The notes beneath the pieces were generated by a model, which searched no databases, was not told the DNA's origin, and saw only the letters and a program-made list of their open reading frames with translations. A DNA stretch of 64,000 bases from a virus. Positions 40,124-49,373 of this stretch are shown piece after piece. The position numbers and the translations under genes are program-made. The stretch is taken from the IMG/VR virus record IMGVR_UViG_3300037325_000203; one strand, written 5' to 3'. Numbering within the stretch: position 1 is the first letter of the stretch; every line of letters begins with the position of its first letter.

Positions 40124-41284
40124 AAGTGGCGAATTATAAAATTTACTCACTAAGTAATTGTTGTTGTATATCTTAAATCCGTTATGAGCGCTGTTAAGGT
40201 ATTTTTTGTCAATAGTTTTATAAAAAGCCCGGGTATCTGATACCATCATCTGATGCGACATTGTGCTGCTGTGGTGCTTATAAAACCAGTTGTCGTGTTC
40301 GCCCAAAAATAACTTTGTAGGTTTTTCCGCTTGAAAAATTGCTGTATGCGTTGACTCATAGATGCACGGCACTATTGCTCTCTGAAATTTACTATTCATC
40401 TCTCTCATTGATTCAAATGTGGCATGCTTGTGCAAAGTCGTATCGTGTAAGTACGACCTCGGTATATTATTTTCAGGTAGCAGTAACCACCTCATTAGCA
40501 CATGGGCTTGCTTCACTAAAAGATTAGTGCAAGAATGATCCCAGTAGAACATAACAGTATCGACATTTGTATAGTCCCGGTCAAACGGCGGTCTGGCCAC
40601 GTTTACTGCCAAATCTGAGAATACAGTGTAAATGTCCTTCTCGTCTGAGAGCACCAAGTGGGGCTTATCAATTCCGTAGACAAACGCTACTCGCTTGCCC
40701 GAATCTGCAAGATCTCTGAGATGTGCGTGTCTTTCAAATCGGTACCTAGCGGCAGACGAGGGGTGTATCCAATCATCGCATCTTAGTAACCAATCATCGG
40801 TTTTATAGTCTAGAATATCCCGAAAATAATCATGTATGGTTATTTTTACATCAGTATATTTTTGGGATATTTCACGAATTAACGGCATCTGTGCATATAA
40901 CGTTTCGCTAATGGTATTATTATGCGATGTATCTGTGCTATTGAATTTATAATCCCGTAGTCCCTCTAAAGGCGCACTTGCTATCACTTCATCGACTCGT
41001 ATGCCATTTTTTAAAAACGACCTGAGCACATTAGTGCTATCGGCGCCGCCGCTGCATAAAACCACAACATAGTCGTATGCTTCTCGAATTGAAGTTGCCC
41101 TGTCCTTATACAAACTGTCAAGACTGGCTGCTGGTTCACAGGACCAGTCTACTTTAGATAACACATCGGAATAAAAGTCCCAGGTAATATCTGCCTTTAT
41201 GGAATTTGCTTCCATAATTGCATCAATCTTATTAGAGAAAAATTTTCCATTTGTCTTATAAAACGGTGTTAAAGGACGAGTCAT
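40115..41284 (-). CDS. Adenine-nucleotide alpha-hydrolase (PP-loop)-like protein
   Basis: SGGADS, G.DKP. Confidence 0.7.
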   Translation of the reverse strand: MTRPLTPFYKTNGKFFSNKIDAIMEANSIKADITWDFYSDVLSKVDWSCEPAASLDSLYKDRATSIREAYDYVVVLCSGGADSTNVLRSFLKNGIRVDEVIASAPLEGLRDYKFNSTDTSHNNTISETLYAQMPLIREISQKYTDVKITIHDYFRDILDYKTDDWLLRCDDWIHPSSAARYRFERHAHLRDLADSGKRVAFVYGIDKPHLVLSDEKDIYTVFSDLAVNVARPPFDRDYTNVDTVMFYWDHSCTNLLVKQAHVLMRWLLLPENNIPRSYLHDTTLHKHATFESMREMNSKFQRAIVPCIYESTHTAIFQAEKPTKLFLGEHDNWFYKHHSSTMSHQMMVSDTRAFYKTIDKKYLNSAHNGFKIYNNNYLVSKFYNSPLLA

Positions 41285-41832
41285 TCTTTAACCTCTCGGT
41301 TATTGCGAAATTCTATCTTTAAAGTTCTTTGTTTTATAACAACATCATACGGCTTGGTACCACCTATCAACCGCGCCATCCAGGGAGACTCTGAAATAGT
41401 TCCTGCAGGTATAATAGCAACATCCTCAATATCGTATTTTTTCTGATCTGTCCATTTATCATAGTAAACTCGCTGGGCCTTTACTGCAATACTATAAAGG
41501 TAGGTATAGTGCCCGGTTTTCTCCCCAAGTGCGCGAAAATAATGCATTAATTCGCCGAATCCGGCGGCATCGTAGTTAAATAAATTAGACTGTGTTCTCT
41601 TAACAAACGAAATAACGTACCAGACATTGTTACCGTGTAACGTACCAAACCTAGCAGCCGCCCATGAGATCATTATTCCGTTAACAAAAAATCCAATTGT
41701 AATATTTTTTTCGTGCGACAATATATCAGTGATATTTTCTCTAGTAAAATGTACTGTTTCTTTTCGCTTTGGCCGAATTTTAGCGATCTCTAAAACAGCA
41801 TCTGTATCGGTAATATCTAAAACTCTAATCAT
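41281..41832 (-). CDS. Hypothetical, GNAT-like (paralog of 38791)
   Basis: IRVLDITD..IGFFVNG..I.AG..D.V. Confidence 0.5.
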   Translation of the reverse strand: MIRVLDITDTDAVLEIAKIRPKRKETVHFTRENITDILSHEKNITIGFFVNGIMISWAAARFGTLHGNNVWYVISFVKRTQSNLFNYDAAGFGELMHYFRALGEKTGHYTYLYSIAVKAQRVYYDKWTDQKKYDIEDVAIIPAGTISESPWMARLIGGTKPYDVVIKQRTLKIEFRNNREVKE

Positions 41833-42737
41833 AACATGTTATATAGATTGTCAACAGGTCTATCATAATAACTGCGATAAGGAAGACCGTTGTATTTTTT
41901 ATTTAAGTGATTTTCAAATTCATCCATAAGATCAACCGGGTACTTTTCGAACCCGGTTTTCTTAACACGAGTAATTAATTCCGGGTATGCTTCTCGATAC
42001 CCCATAATCTTAGTGGAATTAGTTCCCAATTTTCCATAGAATTCATCATTAATGAGAGACTTGCACCAGCGCAGATTAAGAAAAGATTGTACTAGCCCCG
42101 GTGTCCACTTAAACCATTCTGCCACCGCGGGTCGATTAATCTCTCTTATAAATTTAGACCATCCCACATCATGTTCCCAGCACCTGACAACCCACTCGCC
42201 TTGTTTCGTATAGTCGTCGTTGAGTCGTGCAATAGATAAATCACTACTGCCTAACAATGGCAGACCGTCAACCATTTCTAAAAATTTACAATACGGTAGC
42301 GCACGAGGCCGGTCGATCTGCGATAGCTCAGATACTCGCTCAGCATCATTTTCGTAGAATTTTTTAAGATTAAAGTTGACGATTTTGTATTTAACATCCA
42401 GTGCCGAACATACTGTAACAGCATAACTTACATCATATATGTTATAATCGTTTTCATATCTAAATATACATACATCGGGAACGACACCCAATTCTAGATA
42501 CGCCCGTAACATTAATTCGCTATCAAGGCCGCCGCTGAACAGTATTGTCGGAGTTAGGTCAGGGAAATGTTCTATGGTGCTGGCTGCTGCCTTAGATAAC
42601 TCTAATTTAAAACTGCCAAATTTGTTATGTTCTGGGAAAGTAAAATTTGTAATGAATTCTTGATTATGCTCTTTTCGAGAAAACGGAACTAAATTGTACT
42701 GCCAAGAATACCAGTTATTTTCGCTAGTATAAATCAT
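41829..42737 (-). CDS. Asparagine-synthase-like PP-loop protein
   Basis: LFSGGLDSE, R.KKTGFE. Confidence 0.7.
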   Translation of the reverse strand: MIYTSENNWYSWQYNLVPFSRKEHNQEFITNFTFPEHNKFGSFKLELSKAAASTIEHFPDLTPTILFSGGLDSELMLRAYLELGVVPDVCIFRYENDYNIYDVSYAVTVCSALDVKYKIVNFNLKKFYENDAERVSELSQIDRPRALPYCKFLEMVDGLPLLGSSDLSIARLNDDYTKQGEWVVRCWEHDVGWSKFIREINRPAVAEWFKWTPGLVQSFLNLRWCKSLINDEFYGKLGTNSTKIMGYREAYPELITRVKKTGFEKYPVDLMDEFENHLNKKYNGLPYRSYYDRPVDNLYNML

Positions 42738-43162
42738 TTTATCTTTCTATATGTGTTGAATACCAAATCCCATGTGGGCAAAAAAAGTCCGTAATTAAAT
42801 GGTGACGAATGGTGAATGAGGTGCCAGCTGCCGCTTGTCAGTACTGGCAGATTAAACAGGGGATTGTGTTCAATCCTTTCCTGAATTAGTGCAGCCCATA
42901 CATAGTAGAATAATAAAATCCACCACGTCTGAAATATAATACAATAAATCAGTGTCGGTAATACTTCGGTTATCCAAAGATCTAGACTACTCTGAAAATT
43001 ATCGTTGTACAGAAATAAATTATTCCAGTGCCACTTAACTGTATTCTTGCTTATGAATATATGGTGAGAAAAATGAATTTGTCGTACACCGGGAATTTTA
43101 TGAGATGCTCGATGAATCCAGTACAGGACAAATGTCCATGCTAGAAAATGTGCTAACAGCAT
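42734..43162 (-). CDS. Sterol desaturase/fatty-acid hydroxylase family
   Basis: YWIHRASH, HFSHH, HLIHH, NYG..WD..F.T. Confidence 0.85.
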   Translation of the reverse strand: MLLAHFLAWTFVLYWIHRASHKIPGVRQIHFSHHIFISKNTVKWHWNNLFLYNDNFQSSLDLWITEVLPTLIYCIIFQTWWILLFYYVWAALIQERIEHNPLFNLPVLTSGSWHLIHHSSPFNYGLFLPTWDLVFNTYRKIK

Positions 43163-43933
43163 TTACTGAGTTTTTATAAGTTTTATTACCAGGCCGCCTA
43201 TGTCCACCTGCCACCAATGCTCGCTAGTGGTGTATCTTCTCGGCCACCTGTGGTGATTGTTGTGCCAGGCCTCTCCCCAGGACGGTAGCGCCCATACCCA
43301 GTTATTGCAACTATGATCTGATAACTTATAAGTCTTAAATGACCCCCACCACGACTCTTTGTGGCCGGCGTAATTTACAATATTGCTCATTATAGCAGCA
43401 ATCACAATTGGTGACCAATGCAAGAATATCATTAGATACCACCCACCTATTGCAAATAATAGCAAACTCCAGCCTATTAGAAACGCATAATAATATTTGT
43501 GCAACATTCTATAAAATGGGTTTGCAATAATATGCTTTATTCGCCATTTTATCTTGTCGTCGACTGGGTACTCTAATAAAAATACTTTCCATCCCAGCAT
43601 CCACGGACTATGTGGATCGCCGACTTTATCGGAGTGTAAATGATGCTTTATATGAATAGCCGACCATACTATCGGGCTACCTGTATTTGCCATTGAGCCA
43701 AGGAACGCACCGATATATTCTATTGCAGGATATGTACTATAGCCTCTATGTGTTAAATTTCTGTGAAATGTTACGACAACTCCAAGGCAAACATATAAAA
43801 AGTATCCAAGAATTGTTAGTCCGACAGTACCTAGTGTGATACCATACACACTAAATCCGATTATTGACCCAATAATGGATAACACCGCCAATAGCTGAGT
43901 GGTTAGTGTATTGCTAGTTAAGATTTTTATCAT
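43163..43933 (-). CDS. Membrane fatty-acid desaturase
   Basis: HRNLTH, HIKHH, DPHSP, GEAWHNNHH. Confidence 0.9.
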   Translation of the reverse strand: MIKILTSNTLTTQLLAVLSIIGSIIGFSVYGITLGTVGLTILGYFLYVCLGVVVTFHRNLTHRGYSTYPAIEYIGAFLGSMANTGSPIVWSAIHIKHHLHSDKVGDPHSPWMLGWKVFLLEYPVDDKIKWRIKHIIANPFYRMLHKYYYAFLIGWSLLLFAIGGWYLMIFLHWSPIVIAAIMSNIVNYAGHKESWWGSFKTYKLSDHSCNNWVWALPSWGEAWHNNHHRWPRRYTTSEHWWQVDIGGLVIKLIKTQ

Positions 43934-43937
43934 AATA

Positions 43938-44552
43938 CTATTTATCAGCCCTAATGTCGGCCCATGCTGGTTCATAATTCTCATCAATTTTGTGATATAT
44001 AGCCCATTGCCTTGTATGATTTATAGTAACGGGGTAATCGACCCTGTGTTGACCGTTATAAAACATACTGCCGGGTTTTCTTTTCTTTTCAACACCCGCG
44101 CCAGCGCGATAAAAATACGGCAATAAACGTTTATTATATTCGTTAAATGTTAGAGCAATTGTTTTAAGATTGCGTTCTTCGCACCAACTTAATTGCAGGG
44201 GTAAAACAAATCGACCTATTACAACTTTTCCCCGGTATTCTTTCGAAAGCCAGGTGCGTACACCACCAATTGCAACATGCTGGTCAAAGTCGGACACATT
44301 AACGCCCGAGTTTCCGACTATATTACCGATGTCATCAAATAATAGAAACATATCGCCGTTGTTGTTTCGAAACCGAGAGCTAGTATATATTAAATATGGT
44401 AATGTATTACTGCAATTTTCCCAATCCTCGTTCCACATGTTTATGTGACTAGGTTCAGTGTTTTCTTGATAAGCATTAAAACAATATTCGAGTATTTTAT
44501 CCTTTTGGGTAATATGATAGTTTTTCTCAAATACACTTGCTGTGTTAAACAT
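43938..44552 (-). CDS. GNAT-like protein
   Basis: RTWLSKEYRGK motif A-like, LTFNEYN. Confidence 0.55.
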   Translation of the reverse strand: MFNTASVFEKNYHITQKDKILEYCFNAYQENTEPSHINMWNEDWENCSNTLPYLIYTSSRFRNNNGDMFLLFDDIGNIVGNSGVNVSDFDQHVAIGGVRTWLSKEYRGKVVIGRFVLPLQLSWCEERNLKTIALTFNEYNKRLLPYFYRAGAGVEKKRKPGSMFYNGQHRVDYPVTINHTRQWAIYHKIDENYEPAWADIRADK

Positions 44553-45315
44553 TCTGCTTTACTAAATTGATTAAGTAGGCAATCGGATCAAGCTCGGTTT
44601 TTTTCACACCGAGGTTGTAATTTCGCGGACTATAATGATGATTATTGTGCCATGCTTCTCCAAGAATAAAAGGCCATAAGTAAGCAAAATTTTGACTGTT
44701 ATCCTTTGTACTAAAGTTTCTATAACCCACATTTACATGTGCATAGTAATTCCACGCATCTTGGGTTACTTGATTAAAGCAAACCGGTAATATCCATGCA
44801 AAATATAAAGTAGTGGGCGAGATTAATAACAGAATTAGGCACCATGTTGCAATCATAAGAATATAATATTGATTGATAAATTTATGTTCTTTGGTTAACA
44901 TATCTCTAATTACAAATAGGTCTATATCTTTGCCGAATGCTGATCGAAAACTGAAAAGAGATAGCTTTTCAGGTTTATGCGGATCTTTATTAGTGTCTGC
45001 ATGTTTATGATGCATCCTATGCACCCTAGCCCAAGCCATTGGTGTGCCCCTGGAGGAAACAATCGAAATTCCTGTAAAAATCCACTTTACTAAAGGGTAT
45101 TTAAACTCGTAACTCCTATGCGTGTAATATCTGTGCAATACCATACTTACACCAATAGCACTATAAATATAAAAGAAGAATAATGTAGTAACAATCATAG
45201 GTATAGTCCATTGCACCAGAAATGCACCTATTATACTCCCGGACAATGCGATGTACTGTAAAGACAGATGTTGGTTGTTAGTGAACTTTGTATTAAGCAT
45301 ACTCATATTTATCAT
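44545..45315 (-). CDS. Membrane fatty-acid desaturase
   Basis: HRYYTH, HRMHH, DPH, GEAWHNNHH. Confidence 0.9.
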   Translation of the reverse strand: MINMSMLNTKFTNNQHLSLQYIALSGSIIGAFLVQWTIPMIVTTLFFFYIYSAIGVSMVLHRYYTHRSYEFKYPLVKWIFTGISIVSSRGTPMAWARVHRMHHKHADTNKDPHKPEKLSLFSFRSAFGKDIDLFVIRDMLTKEHKFINQYYILMIATWCLILLLISPTTLYFAWILPVCFNQVTQDAWNYYAHVNVGYRNFSTKDNSQNFAYLWPFILGEAWHNNHHYSPRNYNLGVKKTELDPIAYLINLVKQNV

Positions 45316-45821
45316 GTTTGGCGTATTTTTATACTTTCTAATATAGATGAAAACGAATCGCGTAGCCAGATAACTCTTAGTATTTGCCGAGTAGGTCCAG
45401 TGGCACGAATTGGCACACTGTGGATAGTTTGCGTATCTAGTAAAAAAACATCACCTGTGTATGCACTAAAACTTCCAATTTCTGATAATACTAAGAGTCT
45501 TGACTCGTCGGTAGTTATTCGATAATTTGTTGCATGAAGTTTTGATTTCCAGAATTTAGTTTCCGCGCCATCGGCATTTAGATAATAATTCATTACAACA
45601 GAATAAGCATCTGTATGCGGAGTTGCACCCGGGTAATCAATTGATGTTAAATTAATCTTATGCGGCGGTATACCAAAATCTAGCCGGGAGTACATAGATT
45701 GCAGGACATAGTCATAATTCTTTATTCCGTATTCGGAAAAATTCTTATTTGTATAAAATACGCCAGAGTATTCGATATTATCTTTTAAGTCGCCAAAGTC
45801 GACACTTATTTTTTCAAACAT
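45312..45821 (-). CDS. Putative 2OG-Fe(II) oxygenase
   Basis: PHTD..MNYYL..LLD..IHSV..R. Confidence 0.65.
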   Translation of the reverse strand: MFEKISVDFGDLKDNIEYSGVFYTNKNFSEYGIKNYDYVLQSMYSRLDFGIPPHKINLTSIDYPGATPHTDAYSVVMNYYLNADGAETKFWKSKLHATNYRITTDESRLLVLSEIGSFSAYTGDVFLLDTQTIHSVPIRATGPTRQILRVIWLRDSFSSILESIKIRQT

Positions 45822-45867
45822 TCGTTAATCCGATATTTATCAGTATTTACCTAATAATTTTAGTCAT

Positions 45868-45909
45868 AAAAAAACCTGCTACCGGATTAACCAATAGCAG
45901 GGTATTTTA
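45868..45909 (-). terminator. Terminator after erpA
   Basis: CCTGCTA..TAGCAGG stem followed by T run on minus strand. Confidence 0.7.
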
Positions 45910-46236
45910 TACTGAGAAGCTACTTCCGCATCCGCATGTACTTTCGGCACCGGGATTACTAATAGTAAACTGACTGCCATTTAAGTCGACCTTATAGTCA
46001 ACAGTGGCACCTGTGAGATATTGCATACTCATTGCGTCAACTATAAACGCTACGCCGGACTTAATAACTTCAAAATCGTCTTCATTGGCCACTTCGTCGA
46101 AGGTGAACCCGTACTGGAAGCCAGAGCAACCACCGCCCTGGACAAACACGCGCAGCTTCAACTCAGGATTTCCTTCTTCTGCAATTAGTTCCGATACTTT
46201 GCTGGCAACTGCGTCTGTAATGTTAATTTGATCCAT
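45907..46236 (-). CDS. erpA: Fe-S cluster insertion protein ErpA
   Basis: [25 protein letters not shown]; start MDQIN. Confidence 0.92.
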   Translation of the reverse strand: MDQINITDAVASKVSELIAEEGNPELKLRVFVQGGGCSGFQYGFTFDEVANEDDFEVIKSGVAFIVDAMSMQYLTGATVDYKVDLNGSQFTISNPGAESTCGCGSSFSV

Positions 46237-46237
46237 G

Positions 46238-46825
46238 TTAATTCCTAATAAGTTCGTATCTGCTTGTTGTTCTGTTAAATAACACGACACCGCTTTTCAC
46301 TAGTTCAAAAATTATGCTCTCACTTGCTGCATGTAGCTTGTTATGCACTGCAACGGTGGTCAAAAATAAATTCGACATATCATTGTTCTGCTTGTCTCCG
46401 TCGATATGATGAACAACTTCACCCTTATTCAACCCTCGTTTTAAATAACACTCCATTAAATATACATGCTCCCTTATCGATCTGTAACCCCCGGGTTGAT
46501 AAGGATAGTCTTTACCGATATATACTTCGGGATAACCACTTCGGCTAAGCTTTTTAAATCCAACACGATCGCCAAGAGACTTCTTTATCTTTGCTTCATA
46601 CCCGACTATGCCGGCAATTTTGGCGACGCCATGTAATGCCACACATGCTGGGCAAAATGTCTTTGCATTCTTCTTAGTCTGACTCGTCTTAGCTCGAGTA
46701 AAAATCGCTATACACAAGTCACGTTCAAATTGGGCCACAAAAGAATTTCTGCAATATGTAACTAACTTTCCAAATTTGCTGGATCTCACAAATTCTGTTG
46801 ATACTACTGTTTCCCCGACGTACAT
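46238..46825 (-). CDS. HNH homing endonuclease
   Basis: [23 protein letters not shown]. Confidence 0.85.
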   Translation of the reverse strand: MYVGETVVSTEFVRSSKFGKLVTYCRNSFVAQFERDLCIAIFTRAKTSQTKKNAKTFCPACVALHGVAKIAGIVGYEAKIKKSLGDRVGFKKLSRSGYPEVYIGKDYPYQPGGYRSIREHVYLMECYLKRGLNKGEVVHHIDGDKQNNDMSNLFLTTVAVHNKLHAASESIIFELVKSGVVLFNRTTSRYELIRN

Positions 46826-46882
46826 TATGATGCCTTTAATTATTTTATAAAAGAGAATAGCATATAGAATTTTATTCTCTTA

Positions 46883-47209
46883 CTAGATCTGCACTCGAAA
46901 GCTCAGCCCACATCCGCAGCGATCTCGCTCATTTTTATTAATAAATTCAAAGCCTTCATTTAGGCCATTTCTTTTATAATCTATCATAATACCGTTTAGA
47001 TAAACTATACTTTTTGCATCAACATACACCTTGGTCCCAAACGATTCAAATTCTAAATCGCCTTCTCTGACCACATCGGCATACTCCAGAACATATGCAA
47101 ATCCCGAGCAACCTGTAGTTTTAACTCCAAGTCTGATACCCAGGCCGGACCCCCTACGGGTTAAAACTTTCTGTACCTTTGATGCTGCTACTTCTGTTAA
47201 CTCGATCAT
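46883..47209 (-). CDS. iscA: Fe-S cluster assembly protein IscA
   Basis: RLGVKTTGCSGFAY..GLNEGF..CGCG.SF. Confidence 0.92.
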   Translation of the reverse strand: MIELTEVAASKVQKVLTRRGSGLGIRLGVKTTGCSGFAYVLEYADVVREGDLEFESFGTKVYVDAKSIVYLNGIMIDYKRNGLNEGFEFINKNERDRCGCGLSFRVQI

Positions 47210-47316
47210 TAATATGTCTCTTTTATATTTACTCGATGTAATACACTATTTACATGTTAGATATTTATTTATCGTAAAATTCAGAATTAGGATGAGTGTT
47301 GAAATGGATTTAAAAA

Positions 47317-47394
47317 TGGTGCGGGCGGTGGGATTCGAACCCACACTGTTCAGATTTTAAATCTGCTGTCTCCTACCTATTGCACTACACCCGC
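47317..47394 (-). tRNA. tRNA-Leu(TAA), short variable loop
   Basis: CAGA-TTTAAAA-TCTG. Confidence 0.85.
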
Positions 47395-47443
47395 ATTAAC
47401 TTGTGACACCTTCATAATTTCCGCCCTTAGTGAGAGCAATGTC

Positions 47444-47535
47444 TGGAGGCCAGGGCCGGAGTCGAACCAGCGATGTATACCTAGGTAGTTTCTTGCTTTG
47501 CAGACAAGTGCGTTCGGCCGCTTCGCTACCTGGCC
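47444..47535 (-). tRNA. tRNA-Cys(GCA), long variable arm
   Basis: CTTGT-CTGCAAA-GCAAG, U73. Confidence 0.8.
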
Positions 47536-47652
47536 ATGTTTGTTATAGATGGTAACAATTGACTGCTGTTACCATGTGCTTAAAAATTGATAATGTAGCG
47601 GATCATCGGGGCCAATACCCTTAGATATACCACCAGCGCGAAGCATGGCTTC

Positions 47653-48054
47653 TCAATTTATATTTATTGCAGCTTTTACTGCATCTGGTCCCAGCTCGTA
47701 TATTAGCTTTGCCAACAGTTTTTCCTTGCTAACTTGATCTTTAAGATCTTTCTTATACTTACGGGCCACTAACGCTGCTTCTTTGTCTTTTTTCGCCATT
47801 TCCTGGCGGATTTGCTCGGCATTAGCATAGGCTAAGTAGTCTGCAACAGTTTGTTTAACAAACTTGCGTGTGTCTACAGGTTGTTCAATGAGATGATAGC
47901 CTTCGTGCCCACTCATCGAGTGTAAGCACTGAAATTCTTCGTCGGTGACTTCGCACCAATCGGTGATACTTTCCACTATACTAGTATATCCAGATATTGA
48001 ATATTGATCGTACCTTCCGTTGCCAGTGGTAATAATTGCGATTTTTCGTGTCAT
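47653..48054 (-). CDS. Hypothetical protein
   Basis: 133-aa ORF. Confidence 0.65.
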   Translation of the reverse strand: MTRKIAIITTGNGRYDQYSISGYTSIVESITDWCEVTDEEFQCLHSMSGHEGYHLIEQPVDTRKFVKQTVADYLAYANAEQIRQEMAKKDKEAALVARKYKKDLKDQVSKEKLLAKLIYELGPDAVKAAININ

Positions 48055-48147
48055 GCCATTGCCTTTGTATAATCAGGATGCAATTTAGTTTTCAACTTTT
48101 GAGATTGAGTTTTTATAAGTTTGCGGAAAACATCCTTTAGAAATTTT

Positions 48148-48221
48148 TGGTAGGCCCGGAAGGTACTGACCCTTCTTTTACTGGTTAAAAGCCAGCTACT
48201 TTACCTTTAAGTTACGAGCCC
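48148..48221 (-). tRNA. tRNA-Lys(TTT), atypical T loop
   Basis: GCTGG-CTTTTAA-CCAGT. Confidence 0.75.
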
Positions 48222-48227
48222 ATATTC

Positions 48228-48410
48228 TTATCTATCTGTTTTAGTCAAATCAGATTGCAGAATGAGCACTTTGGCCTCTAGATCTGCAATCCTTGCGTTC
48301 TGAGATTTTGTACTCTCTATCTGATACCAAATCGGTACTGCTGTTATAGATAAAACAATAAGAGAGGCTAAGCCAGAGGCTATACCGATGCTCTTTAGAA
48401 TCTCCCACAT
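48228..48410 (-). CDS. Small membrane protein
   Basis: AGGAG RBS, TM helix plus coiled coil. Confidence 0.65.
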   Translation of the reverse strand: MWEILKSIGIASGLASLIVLSITAVPIWYQIESTKSQNARIADLEAKVLILQSDLTKTDR

Positions 48411-48569
48411 AGTTTTCTCCTAAAACATATATTAGTGGAGGGCTTCGACCCTCCTCGCTAACCCCTTTCCTAAGGCTTTCACTCATAGCCGGCCTGCGCA
48501 TGAGCTTCTTGTCGCTTCTTAGTTTAGTCAGACGTGGACGTTACATCTCACGGTACCCTCTCGGGATTT

Positions 48570-48653
48570 TGGTGCGCGAAGAGAGACTCGAACTCTCAAT
48601 CCTTTCGGCAGTGGCTTCTAAGACCACCGTGTATACCATTCCACCACTCGCGC
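48570..48653 (-). tRNA. tRNA-Leu(TAG)
   Basis: GTGGT-CTTAGAA-GCCAC. Confidence 0.92.
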
Positions 48654-48661
48654 AAATTTGT

Positions 48662-48762
48662 AACCCATTGTGGACAGGAATTGAACCGCGTCTCCTAATA
48701 ATAGCGCCATTGCGAGTGAATCGTCTATTTTCAGCGTGTTAACCACTACACTACCACGGGTT
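48662..48762 (-). ncRNA. tRNA-like RNA with elongated arm in place of anticodon arm
   Basis: D arm GTGT-AGTGGTTA-ACAC and T-like GGTTCAATTCC retained; no CCA. Confidence 0.5.
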
Positions 48763-48876
48763 GTCGGAGTAATCAGTTCCGACACTTAACAGAAAGCCTA
48801 GGTTTCTTCTGTTCTCATTCTATATTTTAGGACTCATACGACGGTCTTGCCGTTCGCATCTTATTGCCTTAATTTT

Positions 48877-48961
48877 GGTGGACAATGAAGGAATTAAACC
48901 TTCATTTTGCGCCATGCTATGGTGCTCTCATGCCAGCAACAGGCAATCTCTCAGTTTGTCC
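48877..48961 (-). pseudogene. tRNA-like (acceptor and T arm only)
   Basis: GGACAA..GAAGGTTTAATTCCTTC-ATTGTCCACCA. Confidence 0.45.
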
Positions 48962-48967
48962 GAATTT

Positions 48968-49061
48968 TGGCGGAGGCGGGGTAGAGTCGAACTCCCAAGG
49001 CTGGTATTAGCAGCTCGTTGCATTTCAAGTGCAGTCCCATCGCCAGTTGGGTTGCGCCTCC
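48968..49061 (-). tRNA. tRNA-Ser(TGA)
   Basis: TGCA-CTTGAAA-TGCA, long variable arm, G73. Confidence 0.78.
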
Positions 49062-49298
49062 ATATATTATTTACAATTCATTTGTGAGGATTCTCAAATA
49101 TAAGCCAGACGGTGGGGACCGCATTGACTGTTCCCTTCCCCAAAGCGCCGCAGGATACCACGTTTAGGTGTGGTCCCTTGGCGTCTGAGAATCCTCGCAA
49201 ATGAATTCCCTATCGTGTGCCTTTGTAGAGCATATTGTCGGGATTCATAAGATGATAGAATGAGCTTTTCTTAGTAAGAGGTCTCATTCTATTATAGT

Positions 49299-49373
49299 TG
49301 GTGGATCCTGTAGGGTTCAAACCTACGACCTTCGCCGTGTAAAAGCGTTGCTCTATCGCTGAGCTAAGGAACC
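49299..49373 (-). tRNA. tRNA-Val(TAC)
   Basis: CGCT-TTTACAC-GGCG. Confidence 0.8.
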
